Assembly (NCBI GenBank): GCA_964016885.1
Contig: OZ024743.1
Coordinates: 118,544,001 to 118,608,000, forward strand
Origin: Eledone cirrhosa
Lineage: Eukaryota
Direction of reading: 5' to 3'
DNA length: 64,000 nt
The notes beneath the pieces are model-generated. The model was given only the letters and a program-made list of their open reading frames with translations. It was not told the origin of the DNA and did not search any database. Shown one piece after another: positions 24,415 to 36,299 of the stretch; position 1 is the stretch's first letter; every line of letters starts with the position of its first letter. The translations under genes were made by a program, and so were the position numbers.

Positions 24415-26979
24415 TCAAGTTATAAATTGGGTGTTGAGTTCTAGTCTATTATTGATTGGTGGTAGTGTTTTGTCTATAATTAGTGCTTCCTTAATTCTAA
24501 GATTGCCGAGGTTTCTTTCCTTAGTTTCTATCCTAACTGTTATGGTTTTGTCGGTGCTTTTGCATTTAACTAGGTGTTTCTTAAATAAGGAAGCGTTAGT
24601 ATGGAGGTGTTCTTTTATTCTTATGTGGAGTGGTCTGGTGGTGCTACCTACGTAGAAGTTGCTGCATTTGTCACACTCTAGACTGTATACGCCGTAAGCC
24701 TGGTGGCATAGGTCTGTGTCGTTGATGGAGCAGTTGGCTAGCCTGCAGCAGTTGTCATGTCTGGTGGAGTGTCTTTTGGTTAGCTGTCCGCGTAGAGAAG
24801 GGCCTGAGTGGGCCAGTTGGATATCTAGTCCCTCTCGTCTGATAGCTCTGCGGATGGCTGTTGTTGTTTCGTCACTGAAGTGTGGGAGCTTCAGGAAGCA
24901 AGTATTAGTGCCTCGGGTGTGGTGTCCTCTGTTCTTTCTAGCACGGTTTGTGGTGGATGTCTTGTATCCGTTAAGTTTGAGTACTTCCAGGAAATGTGTG
25001 GTGTGCGTGTCTCGGTCTCTAGCGTCGGTGCATTTGTTCCGGATACGTGTAGTTCGTTCCTTATGTATCCGAACATAGCGCCGGCTGGGAGGGCCGATCT
25101 GAAATGTACGAACAGCTCCCTGCTGGCGGCTTTTTTTATAGAAGCAAGTATGGATGTTGCCTTCCTCTGTTACCCTGAGTTGGAAGTCCAGTAGGGAAAG
25201 GGATCCGCGGTCATCGGGGTGTTCCATGCTGAACTTTATACTGGCGTCCATGCTGGAGAATGTTGTGTATATTTTATCTGCCTCCTCACGGGATGATGTA
25301 AGGATGAGTATTTCATCTACATATCGTGTGAAGAAGGTATGGGAATGGCAGGTGTTGAGGGCTCGGCATTCTAGCTGGTTCATATAGGTGATGGCCAGCA
25401 GATCCGATAGGCTGGATCCCATGGGTAATCCTGTTGTCTGTCTGTATGTGTGGTGGTGGAAGGTGAAGTATGTGTTGTCTACTGTGAAGGACAAAAGCTG
25501 GTGTATGTCCGTCGGGTGGAGGCCGTAGCAGTGGATGTCCTCTGCGACCACGCAGTCCGTCAATAAATCGACAGCTGGATGAGCGGGGACTGTAGTGTAG
25601 AGGGAGACAATCTCGAGGCTAAAGGCGTATCTATTTAGTTTAAGTTGTTCTGTCTGGAGTTGGTGTAGTCTCCGTATAACTTCGTCGGAGCTACTGACAT
25701 GCCCGGGAAAGGTGGAGAGTAGAGGCTTGAGGACCTGCGAGAAGAGCCAGGAAATTTTGTATAGGGGTCCTTCTATGCTGGAGACGATGGGTCTTATTTG
25801 CGTCTTAGTACTATTCTTGTGGGTCTTGATGAGGTGGTAGAAAGTGGGCAGTCTGCTATTTCTAGTGGTGTAGTTGAGCTTAACTTTATTTGGCAGTTGT
25901 CTTCTCCTACAGATATCGAACCAGATGGAGTTGGTCTGTTTTTCGATCTGGGCTGCAGTCATGTTTGGGATCTCTGTATATAATTCATTGTCGCTTAGAT
26001 GTTCAAAGGCTAGGTTGTTGTATGTGGCTTGAGATATGACGCAAAACTCTTTACCTTTGTCGGATGGTAAGTATATAAGTTCCCTATTCCGTAGGTTCTT
26101 CAGGGCGAGTTGTTGTGTCCTGGTGAGGTTTGGGGATATCTTCTTCTGTTTCCGTAAGATGTTAAATGCGGAATGTTTTAGCCCCAAGAGTTTTTCTTCA
26201 AGCTCGCGGTTGGCAGGCGGTGGACAGAGTGAGTGGGCGATCCAGTTGGTATATCGGGAATCTGGGTTTATTATGATTCCGTGGTGTTGTTGCCGAGATC
26301 GATATCCATTTTAGTTGGTAGGCAGCCCGACAGAAATTCGTTTCTATGTCGAGCCATAATTTGTCGTCCAGTCTCTGTTTTAATATGAACTTGGGACCCA
26401 GGCTGAGGAGGTCTAATTCCTCTCGGGAGAGGGATCCTGTCAAGTCTGTGACGAGGTGTTTTGCGTCAGGTGTGTTGTTGGTCGGGGCACCGCTAGGCTC
26501 GGTGTTGGTACCGTCTTGTTCACCTCTGTTGGTGCTTAGAGTTGGGCTGTTGTAAAGACGGTTAGCCGTGCTGAGTTTGAGAAATTTTTGGCGTTAGGCG
26601 TATTTTCTCGTAGTCTCAGAGATGGTAGTATGACCTGTCTATAGCGGCGGAGATAACTCTGGACAGAGGTTCTGGGGTTTCAGCGAGTTGTGGTACAAGG
26701 CTAGAAATAGTCCGTATGTGTTGTTGTAGCGTGCGGTGTAGGTGTTGTATGAGTTTTCTTAGGCAGAATGTTTGTATGTAACTAAGTGATCGTTTGAGGC
26801 CTGGTGATTTGAAGCATGTTTGTAGGTGCAAATTTTTGATAGTTTTGGGGATGATGTTGTTATTCAGACATCGTTTTAGGAAGTTTATTTGGCAGCTAGC
26901 TGGAAGAGTTTCTTTACAGTTGTGAACTGGGCCTGGCTCAGGCGTAAGGAAAGGAGGGGGTTATAGTTCACTTGAAGCA
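24415..26979 (-). pseudogene. PLE-C RT/GIY-YIG ORF with frameshifts, stops and YVDE at the catalytic site
   Basis: LLSLGPKF, PSDKG, LIKTHK, IRPIVS, SLYT, GLPMGS, RYVDE, VYSL.C..C..FYVGSTTR...R..EH, IKEALII. Confidence 0.9.
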
Positions 26980-27389
26980 TTGTGTAATGAGGTATAAACG
27001 TTTGTATATGTATAATAAAGCCAAAACAATGCATGTATGGACATAGAATAAAGAATGCAAATGCAAAAGATATTGTTGACAATTAGTATTTTACCTTAGA
27101 TTTATTTAATTGTCCTTAATTTTTGAGATAATATATCTTCTTCGGAGGGAAGTAAAGCTGTTAAACCAGTGTTCTAAATAGTTTGTTAAGAACTCTGGTT
27201 AAACCAATGTTCTAAATAGCTTGCCAGAACACTGGTTTAACCGCTTTACTTCCCTATACTTAAACAAACGTTTATATATATATATATATATATATAATTA
27301 TATATATAATTATATATTCATGTACAGATATTTTTGCATACACAATAAGGATAAATATATATCAAATATATAACAACCCTAGAGAAAAT

Positions 27390-27438
27390 CCCGAGCAATG
27401 TCGGGCCATACTGCTAGTCTATATATATAAAACTGAGG

Positions 27439-27501
<63 letters not shown>

Positions 27502-27960
27502 TGTGTGTGTTTGAATCCCTAAAACTCGAGAAGTAGTACCCAACTGATTTTTTTCAAACTTTACATGTGTATTACTTATGTTGCAGGGAGTGTTATCAAC
27601 CTTTTGATCCATTAGGTGAAAAACTGCGTTTGTTTTCCACCTTTTTATGGGTTTTATGAGGCGTTACGTCAGACCGATTTCCTTGAAATTGTAACTATGT
27701 ATTAGTCAGTCACTTCTTCATACCGTGAGCATAGAACATCCAACTTTCTCGGGCCCGCATTAGGTGAAAAACTTCCTATTTTCAGATTTTTTACGGCTTT
27801 TTTGAGGCGTTACGTCTAGCCGATTTTCACGAAATTTCAAGGCATATTATGCACATAAAAAAATTTATTTTCTTGATCCCCTACAGTCCGCATTAGGTGA
27901 AAACCTGCATTTTTCCTGCTTTATCGAGGAAAATCTTGAAGATTATCCAGCCATCAGAGT
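27390..27960 (+). mobile_element. Helitron-like 3' terminus (hairpin + CTAG) directly followed by a non-autonomous Helitron 5' end; right boundary uncertain
   Basis: cccgagcaatgtcggg..CTAG|TCTATATATATAAAA, then (GT)n and three internal CATTAGGTGAAAA repeats. Confidence 0.7.
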
Positions 27961-29188
27961 ATTCGGTTTATTTTCTTTACATATTGTCCAGGCATGCAGT
28001 TTTTTCACGATTACGTCTGTTGGCAGCCCTCGTTCCAAAATACCTGAACCCTTTGCACACACGCGCAGACAGACACGTCTGTATACACACACGCTTATAT
28101 ACACCCGTATATAAACACATAGACAAACCCTGTCCTATGTGGGCGTACGTACGCGCCCACACACACACACCCACTGACAGATACTCACACCATATATATA
28201 TGTGTCTGTCTGCGCTTGTGTGCGCGTTTGCGTGCATGTGAGACCGGATGTATGGCGCGGTTTAGGCAGGCGCTAATAGGCTTGTGGCGGTCGGTATCTA
28301 GAAGTGGGTGTGCCTGGGTTTGTGGAAGAGAGGGAGAGTGTGTGCGCCTATATATGTGCATGGCGGTATGTGCGTCTACGTATGTATGCGTACATTTGTG
28401 CATGCACGCATGTGTCTGTGCCTGCCCGTGTGTGTGTATATGTGTTTGTGTGTATGTGTGAGTACATACTCTAGAGTGTGAACAGACGTGTGAGATACCG
28501 AACCCAGCATGACTCCATTGAAGTGTATCGGACAGAGAATGGCTGATGACCCGTGTAGCAGTAAATAGTGACCAGAACTTAAGATGACGTGGAATAGCAA
28601 CAGCCAATGGCATAACAAGAGTGGAAGATGTTTTTTGAAGGTGTTCTTTTGACGACAACACCCCAGGGAGAAGATTTTCTCCGAACGAACTACCCGTGTC
28701 CGAGGAACTTGCAGCCGTAGAATCAGCCAGATCCATACAGTGATCATGTTGGAGCTACCTGCCGGCGAAACAATTGTAACACGCAATAAACTGAGTCCAG
28801 ATGCATCACTGATTTTTCGTTTTTTATACTATCCACACTCTACTCTGTATGAATATTGCGTGCTAATTTTGGCATACCGCCTATAGAAGCACCATAGCTA
28901 CCATTATACACAAGTATATATATATATATCTCAAAGGTATATATTGAGTTAGAAACTCAAAATAGTCTCTTACAATAAAATAGCTCTAGAAAAGAGATTT
29001 TTCCGAGCCGTATATTATAACTGAATATAAAAGAAAAGCAAACACAGATATATACATGAGTTCAAATCGTTAGGGACCAGATTCGCTAAGGTGAAAAGAA
29101 TACTAACTATAGACAATAGGGTTTGCCAGACTCAATTTAAGAATAAATCAAGAAAGTAAATACAAACCGGAATTGTGGTAATTACCAA

Positions 29189-29268
29189 TCACCTGGACAG
29201 CTTTGATAATGCTGTTTCGCAAAATGAATTGTGAAGAGGAATACCAATTCTTGCTCATCAGCGGGTGA
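29189..29268 (-). ncRNA. Full-length type I hammerhead ribozyme
   Basis: tcacccg-CTGATGA-gcaaga...ttttgc-GAAA-cagc-attatcaaa-gctg-TC-caggtga. All three stems are present and the triplet is GUC. Confidence 0.88.
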
Positions 29269-29595
29269 AGAATTATTAGTATCCTGGTCACTTCTAAGTA
29301 TATTAAAAAAAACTGAATAGTGTGCGTATATATAATAACGCACATGGTATCTGAACTTAGCGTGTCTCACAAACTCACAACACTAAAAATAGCAGCCCGG
29401 TTTACTCGACATTTGAATTAGCTCAACAAATTAACGGAGCCGAATATATTGAGTATATCAAAGGTAAATATCGAGTAAACCGTGCTGCTACTTTTAGTGG
29501 TGTGAGTTTGTTCAAATACCATGTGTGTTATTATATATACGCACACTATTCAGTTTTTTAATATACTTAAAAGTGACCAGGATACTAATAATTCT

Positions 29596-29675
29596 TCACC
29601 CGCTGATGAGCAAGAATTGGTATTCCTCTTCACAATTAATTTTGCGAAGCAGCATTAACAAAGCTGTCCGGGTGA
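29596..29675 (+). ncRNA. Type I hammerhead, second copy (core GAAA mutated to GAAG)
   Basis: Perfect 7-bp stem I tcacccg/cgggtga, CTGATGA, GAAG, cagc/gctg and GUC. Confidence 0.8.
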
Positions 29676-29742
29676 TTGGGATATATTTATATATATATTT
29701 ATATTTATATATATATACATACATATACATACATATATATAC

Positions 29743-29966
<224 letters not shown>

Positions 29967-30004
29967 TTATATATATATATACATTTATATATATATATAT
30001 ATAT

Positions 30005-31345
30005 AATGGAAAATTTGAACAGGAACAAAACAGAGAGGCAGTACAACGAATGTTTATTAATTTCACGCTCTGGAGAGTGGGGTGGTGGTGGGGAACGACG
30101 TTTCGGGCATAAGCCCTTCTTCAGGTGAAAAGTGTGTGGGAAGAGAGTTCAAAGGGTGTGTAGGCAAGTGGTGGAGAGACATATAGCGAAAAGGGGGTGG
30201 GAGGAAACGGTGCGAATGAAATTAAAAATAAAAGCATGATCAAAATAAAATAAAATTAAAATGGGGTAAAACAGGTGGTGGAAGGGTGTGGGGTGTGTAG
30301 GGGTGGTGGCGGGTGGAGTGGGGACAGGGAGACGGGGTGTCGGAGCGGGGAGGGCTGAAGGTGGTGTGTGTGTAGGTGTACGTGTGTGTGTGTGTATGTG
30401 AAAGCAAGGGTTGGGGGAAGAACGGGGTTGCATGTTCAGGAAGAGGTGTGTGTGGGGTGGGGTGTAGGTCGGAGTGTGTGTGCGTGTGTGGATAGAGGGG
30501 TGTGGGGGAGAGGAATCCGGAGGCTGAAGGTGTAAATATGTGGTGGAAAGCAAGTGTGTGTAGGGATTAAGCGTGTTGTGGGTGTAGGTGGCGTGTGGGA
30601 AAAAAAACATTTTTTGGGGTGTGTGTGTGGGGGAGTTATAAAGGTGATTCCGTAAGAAGATGGGGTTGAAAGGTTGGTAAACTCCTAGGATGGTAGTTGA
30701 TTCTGCGGTCAAGCTCCACATACGAGTAATCCATGGAGAGATGGTCGGAAGAGGTGAGATGTGGGGTGCGCGCGCAACAGGAAGTGGTCAAGGCGGTAGG
30801 AGTGCTGTGTGTATGTGTGTGCGGGGAGGTGGTCAGAGGGCATAGCAGCAGTCGGGTGGAATGATAAAGGGGCGAGCATGGGTTGGTGTGAAAGTTGGAG
30901 TGAGGAGGGTGTGTGTGTGTATTAGTAGATTAGAGAGTGTGGTGTACTGGTGTGTGTGTAGTTTAATGAAGGGGGTGTTAGTGGCTGTTAGTATACGGGA
31001 GGTGGAGAAAGGGTTGAATGCAGGTGTGAGTGGGGGTTAGTGGTGGTGGGGTGTGTAGAGTTGGTGGTGTACGAGGGTGTGTGGGTACGTGTGCGTGGGG
31101 TTGGGGGGTGTTAGTGATGTTAGTTACAGTGTGGTGGGATGGATGTGTGGGGGTGAGGGTTAGTGGTGGTAGTAGGGTGTGTGTTTAGTGTGAGCGCGTG
31201 TATATATGTGCCGGTGGGTGTGTGCGTGTGATAAAGAGGGGGTGGAGAAGAAAGGAGGGATGTTAGTATGTTAGTTGGGGAAGGGTGGTCGGATGAGGGG
31301 TGGAGTGGAAGTGTTAGTATTGTTAGTTGTGGGGTGGGCGGTATA
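30005..31345 (-). mobile_element. PLE-type 3' end (family R4) with a minimal hammerhead and a long G/T-rich low-complexity body
   Basis: Bounded by (TA)n. Its first about 170 bp are homologous to 62665-62830. Confidence 0.6.
30092..30130 (-). ncRNA. Minimal hammerhead motif (family R4)
   Basis: cac-CTGAAGA-a-gggc-ttat-gccc-GAAA-cg-TC-gt, with palindromic stem III ACGT and a weak stem I. Confidence 0.68.
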
Positions 31346-31489
31346 TATTTATATATATATATATATATATACACGCACGCATATATATGTGTTTTCCATT
31401 ATATACATATATTTTAATTATTTAAAAATTAGTTTTAAGTGAACATGATTCTTAAATAAATATTTTGAAGTGAACATGACCCAACAGGT

Positions 31490-31830
31490 CACGGATGGTC
31501 TAGTTGCTAATAAAATACAAATCCTCCATTCGCATTCTGCTAAATCCATGGCCTCCAAGTACCTGATCCATCGGAACTCAGGTGTTTCGCATTACGTAAA
31601 AGTCAACATATTGATTCCGGACTTAGTAAGAGTAATGAAGAATGTGACCCACATGTGCGATCTTAAATAATTAGCGAGACACGCACAACACTTCATCCAC
31701 CGCATGCAGTTCTCTGGTAACAAACAAAGACTGCTAAACAAACCGTGCTAAATGGATGAATATCATAGAAATAGATACGGATGGGACTTGCCATATATCT
31801 AGGAACGAATTTTTGAATATGATAGAGAGA
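31490..31830 (+). pseudogene. Old diverged PLE-B-family fragment, continuing 21510-21695
   Basis: QILHSHSAKSMASKYLI..VNILIPDLVRVMKNV..QHFIHRMQFSG matches the 1209-aa ORF. Confidence 0.88.
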
Positions 31831-32263
31831 CAGTCAAGTAGAAAACAAATATGAAGCATATATACAATCTGACACAAAACACGTTTGATTTTATGCAGCG
31901 GTTAAAATAAAATATGGAATTTCAAACTCCCAAATATAAAATTTTCTCTGAAACATTTGAATAAAAATGTAAAACTTATCATTAGATATGAATTGATATA
32001 TTTAACAAAATTGTTTTATTCAGATCAGGCTAGCACTACAAATTAGAGATCACCATCCTTATTCCTCTGATGGACAAACATATCTTGCAGTAAACAACAC
32101 ACCAACAATTTAGCTGAAATCCATATCACTACTGCACGAACAGAAGAACAAAAAATCTTGTAGCCACCTTAAACGTGAGTTGGCATGATATAGAATTGGA
32201 GGCAGTAAACTAAATAGCAGACAATTATCTGAAGGCCTCACAGATCAAAGGCATTGGACCAAC

Positions 32264-33547
32264 ATAAGCTTGCATCATCCAACACTTACTTCAATGTGAT
32301 TCAGTTCTTAACACATGCGGGTAGTCAGCCACATGTGTGTATCTTCACTCCCGCCTGTGCAGTCACTTTTTGCACAACACCTGAATTGTGGTGTTTCCAT
32401 CCTCCATCCAAATCTATATTACCAGAGCAACACACGTTTCTTGATGAAAGCCCAACTTATCTAACCGGTTAGATCCGGCCTACTCCACTAGTTCTTGCTC
32501 CTTATCCGTAAGGGTTGCAACGTTCATTGATGAAGTCACTGCAGCGTCAAGTGTTTAGACTGAATCATACAGCCTAATGAGCGGCCTCAATGCCCATGTT
32601 CACACTGATCACCTCACATGGAAATGAGTGATTGGAAGTAAAGGGGATTTCGATTTAAATGCGAAGTTTGAGGTCTTATTGGACTTCTGCTCTAGTAATC
32701 GGGTGTCTAGGACGAATTCCTTGTTCAAGCTCAAAGTATACATGGTATAAGAGAAATTAGGACCAGAGATCAGAATTCATTTTGATATTGTCTCTGATAT
32801 CTTCGATAGTGTGCTGGATGTTCGTGTTTAGAGAGAAGCGGCACTTTCAGTTGGTCACCATCTAGTTATCTATAACCTCAAAATACATAGAATCAAAATA
32901 AACCCACATAACTGGCAGATCCAACTCGATCCAGCTCGACCTTAAAGTGGGATGCACTGCCAGATAAATATTTCGGGACCTGGTATGCGGGGATTATTAC
33001 ATCCAAATTTTTAGAACCCACGAAAAAAACTGAGGATATTGAAACTGAGTGCAGACTTTTCAGCCTGGCAGATTTTGCTTCAGCTGTTAAATGCTGCTGG
33101 CCAAAGCGGTTCGGTATGGCATCGAGAGAAAGGAGGATTCCCTAATTGAATCATGAGATCAAAGATGCCATTTAAACAAAGAAGGAGGCTTACAAATCGT
33201 GGCTTGGAAATAAGTGTTTCTACTTCTACTGGCGGTACAATCAGGCGATGAAAGCCGAAGAGAAAACACTGCAGGAGTGCAAGGTTATCATGGGAGAATG
33301 TATGACTGAACTTGAGTTTGTGGAGAAAGAATGTTGGGCTTTCATCAAGAAACGTCCGTTGCTCTCGTAAAGTATCTTTGGATGGAGGATGGAAACACCA
33401 CTATTCAGGTTTGGTACCAAAAGTGACTGCACAGGCGGGAGTGGAGATACACACATGTGGCTGGATGCCGGCATGTTTTATGGACTGAATCACATTGTGA
33501 TGTAGGATTTACCTCTTTTAGTAAATGTTGGATGATGCAAGCTTATG
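32264..33547 (+). mobile_element. RTE-clade LINE relic (APE endonuclease region) with an inverted duplicated segment
   Basis: Decayed G.LNAHV, LLDFC..N, TNS.F, YTWY, DVRV.R.A.LS..HHLV and KKEAYKSWL. Inverted repeat at about 32264-32455 / 33333-33547. Confidence 0.75.
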
Positions 33548-34044
33548 CTCCAAAAAAACAACCGGAATACAGATTGTAGAACTAATAAGGAAATAAAACA
33601 GATGGGCAGGAATAGTTACCTAGATTTGCAAAACAATATTCTGAGAATGGGGAAATAGAGGGTGTGAGGGAGAGAGGAGGAAGTAGAGGGGAGAGAGGTA
33701 AGGAGAGAAATGCGATATATTGCTAGGACAAAAGACGGTGTATATGTATAATTAGAGAAGGGATGGCATGAGGAAAGATAAATGAATGGTTAGTTGGTTG
33801 CAAAATATCCCATGTAAATAAAACAAAAGTTATTTTCAATTATATTTTTCTTTGTTTTGTCCTGGTTTTTAATATACAAAGGATAAATGGACCGACTGAC
33901 AAACAGCTAAACAGGCTTACAGACAATTAAATAGACACATTGAATTGACTGATAGGCAGATTGTTAGATGTATGTAAGGATAGATATAAAGATAACAGAT
34001 AATGTTGTTGGATGCTTGGGTATATATATTGATAATAGATAGAA

Positions 34045-34109
<65 letters not shown>

Positions 34110-34660
34110 AGAAAGAAAGAGAGAGGGGGGGGGGATAGATGAGATAGGAGGAGTGTAGTAGTGGAAGGAGGAGGAGGAGGAGTATGGAGCAAAAGAGTAA
34201 ATACACCAGCTGTTAACACTTCAAGCTGTCGGCACAAGTTGAGTCGGCCGACTATCTGGGACTGTTGCACTGTTAGAGTGTGTTATAACTTAAAACGTTA
34301 AATACTGAATAGTGGGCACTAACGTTGCCGTGTTGATGGTGGTGTTCATAGTGGTCGTGATGGAGCTTGTAATAATGATAAAAACGGTAGTAACGGGTAA
34401 CTGAGATGAGGAGTGCCTGTAAAAATTATTGAATAGACTTTTTTTTTTTTTTTTGCGAGAATGACTACTACAATACAAGTCGTTAGTTTCGTTAGTATGA
34501 AGATAATCAGGACGATGACAACGATAACGAGAATACCGACAAATGACGACAAAGACGATGACGATAGTGATGATAATGATAAGGGTGATAAAGTTAATAA
34601 TCATATTATTCAATCTCTAAATCGACTAAATCTTTGACTAAACTAAAGTTATATACCTTT

Positions 34661-34851
34661 AATAATTGTTTCTACTTTAGGCACAAGGCCAGCAATCAAC
34701 CAGTACATTACTGGTACTTTATTTTATCGACCCCGTAAGGATGAAAGACAAAGTTAATCTTGGCGGGATTTGAACTCAGACTGTAAAAGGACGTAACTAT
34801 GCTGGAAAGCATGGCGCCCAACCCTCTACCGATCCTGCCAATTCACCGCCC
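34661..34851 (-). mobile_element. tRNA-derived SINE with a Deu/Nin-type domain and a 16-bp TSD
   Basis: A box (TGGCAG.ATCGG), B box (GAGTTCAAATCC), the CTTTCATCCTTACGGGGTCGATAAAATAAAGTACCAG core and an (ATT)n tail. TSD atatacctttaataat. Confidence 0.9.
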
Positions 34852-34884
34852 TGCTATATACCTTTAATAATATTATAGCGTAAG

Positions 34885-35615
34885 GGCGCCGAACAAAATT
34901 GGTTTGCGGTATTCGTTCCGATTTCATATACCGCCAAGGTCAATTTTACCTTTCATCCTTACGGTGTCGATAACATAAAGTACCAGAAACGCACTGATGT
35001 CGATTTAGTTGATTTTACCTTTCCTTTAAATTGTTGCCATTGTGCCGAAAGTAGGAACAATTATCAGTCATCATTAGTCTTATTTTCACTGTATGCTGTG
35101 TCTTATTTTCCCACAGAGCATAAGCTCTGTGTGACTTGGGTGAGTACAGTGTTTCTTCTGGTGCGAGGGATTGGCATATCGGTAGAGCGTCGGACAACGT
35201 TGTATAGCAGAGGGTTACGCCCCTTTGCCATATAACATGTTGTATGGCAGAGGGTTACGGCCCTTTGCGATCTAAGTTCAAAACTCGCCGAGGTTAGCTT
35301 TGCCTTTAACCATTACGGAGTGATAAATTAAAGTACCCGTAACACACTGGGATGATTTAATCGACTACCCCCTTCCTCCTAATTATTGGCGTTGTGCCTA
35401 AATCAGAAACCATTATTATTGCGGTGGATTGGCAGTATCGGTAGAGCGTCGAACACAATGCTTTGCAGCATAGAGTTACGACCCTTTGCGGTTTGAGTTC
35501 AAATCCCACGGAGGTTAACTTAGCCTTTCATCCTTATGGGTCAACAAAATAAAGTACCAGTAATACACTGGTAATAGCTGGCCTTGTGCCAAAAGTATAA
35601 ACAATTATTATTATT
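34885..35615 (+). mobile_element. Cluster of three SINE copies (about 34885-35065, 35165-35415, 35421-35615)
   Basis: Same A box, B box, core and tail. Confidence 0.85.
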
Positions 35616-36299
35616 ATTGGTATCTCAAGTTGTTTGACATGTATAGTTTTGCGCCGTAAGTTTTGTTGATTTTCACTTGTTTACTCAAGGTTCATTGTTA
35701 ATTTGTTTACAATCTGTTAATTGGGTGCCATGTATTGTCCATAGAAATGGCGACCTCATGACATTAGGGCTTTTCGGACAAGTATTTGAAATGTACTTCC
35801 TTCATTTTTACGCTGACGAGCGTTTCTCTTTTTAAAGAAGGTGATACGCTCCTCCTTTTCCAGCCACTTGTCACGTGGCAGCGACTGGTACACGAGTCTT
35901 AAAATTGAGCATAGCGTCACCACCTCCACCTTTACAACTACCGTTATCACCAATACCAAAACAGACACTACCATTATCAGTATCGCCAGCACTACAAACA
36001 ACATCTACAACAGCAGCTGCAGCAGCAACAATAAGATTAATGCTCACAAAACGGCAACGACAAATTTTATATATGAAAATGAATATCCCGCGGTTACGGA
36101 ATCCAACACCGCCTCCACCTCGATCATGTCCAAGGCTTAAAAAAAAAAAAAAAAAAAAAACACATAATAAAAAAACAGCAACAATATTAATACTCCACCA
36201 CTACCACACCACAACCACTACCACTACCACTACCACCACCACCACCACTACCACCACCACCACCACCGCCACCACCAAAAATAAACGCAGAACTGCCAA

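Larger units (their letters stand above)
23799..27270 (-). mobile_element. PLE family C (Penelope/Poseidon-like), full-length with direct pseudo-LTRs, decayed
   Basis: Direct repeats at 23799-24032 and 26952-27181, a short inverted piece at about 27225-27255, and a broken ORF between them. Confidence 0.9.
29185..29679. mobile_element. Inverted pair of an about 220-bp hammerhead-containing unit (family R3)
   Basis: Arms at 29185-29414 and 29466-29679, with (TA)n immediately to the right. Confidence 0.8.

Noticed and set aside
28495-28810. Complex sequence after the Helitron, with a CTGATGA and weak coding look
   Set aside because: No GAAA or stems follow, the plus-strand frame I read has stops, and I recognised no domain in it or in the listed minus-strand ORFs.
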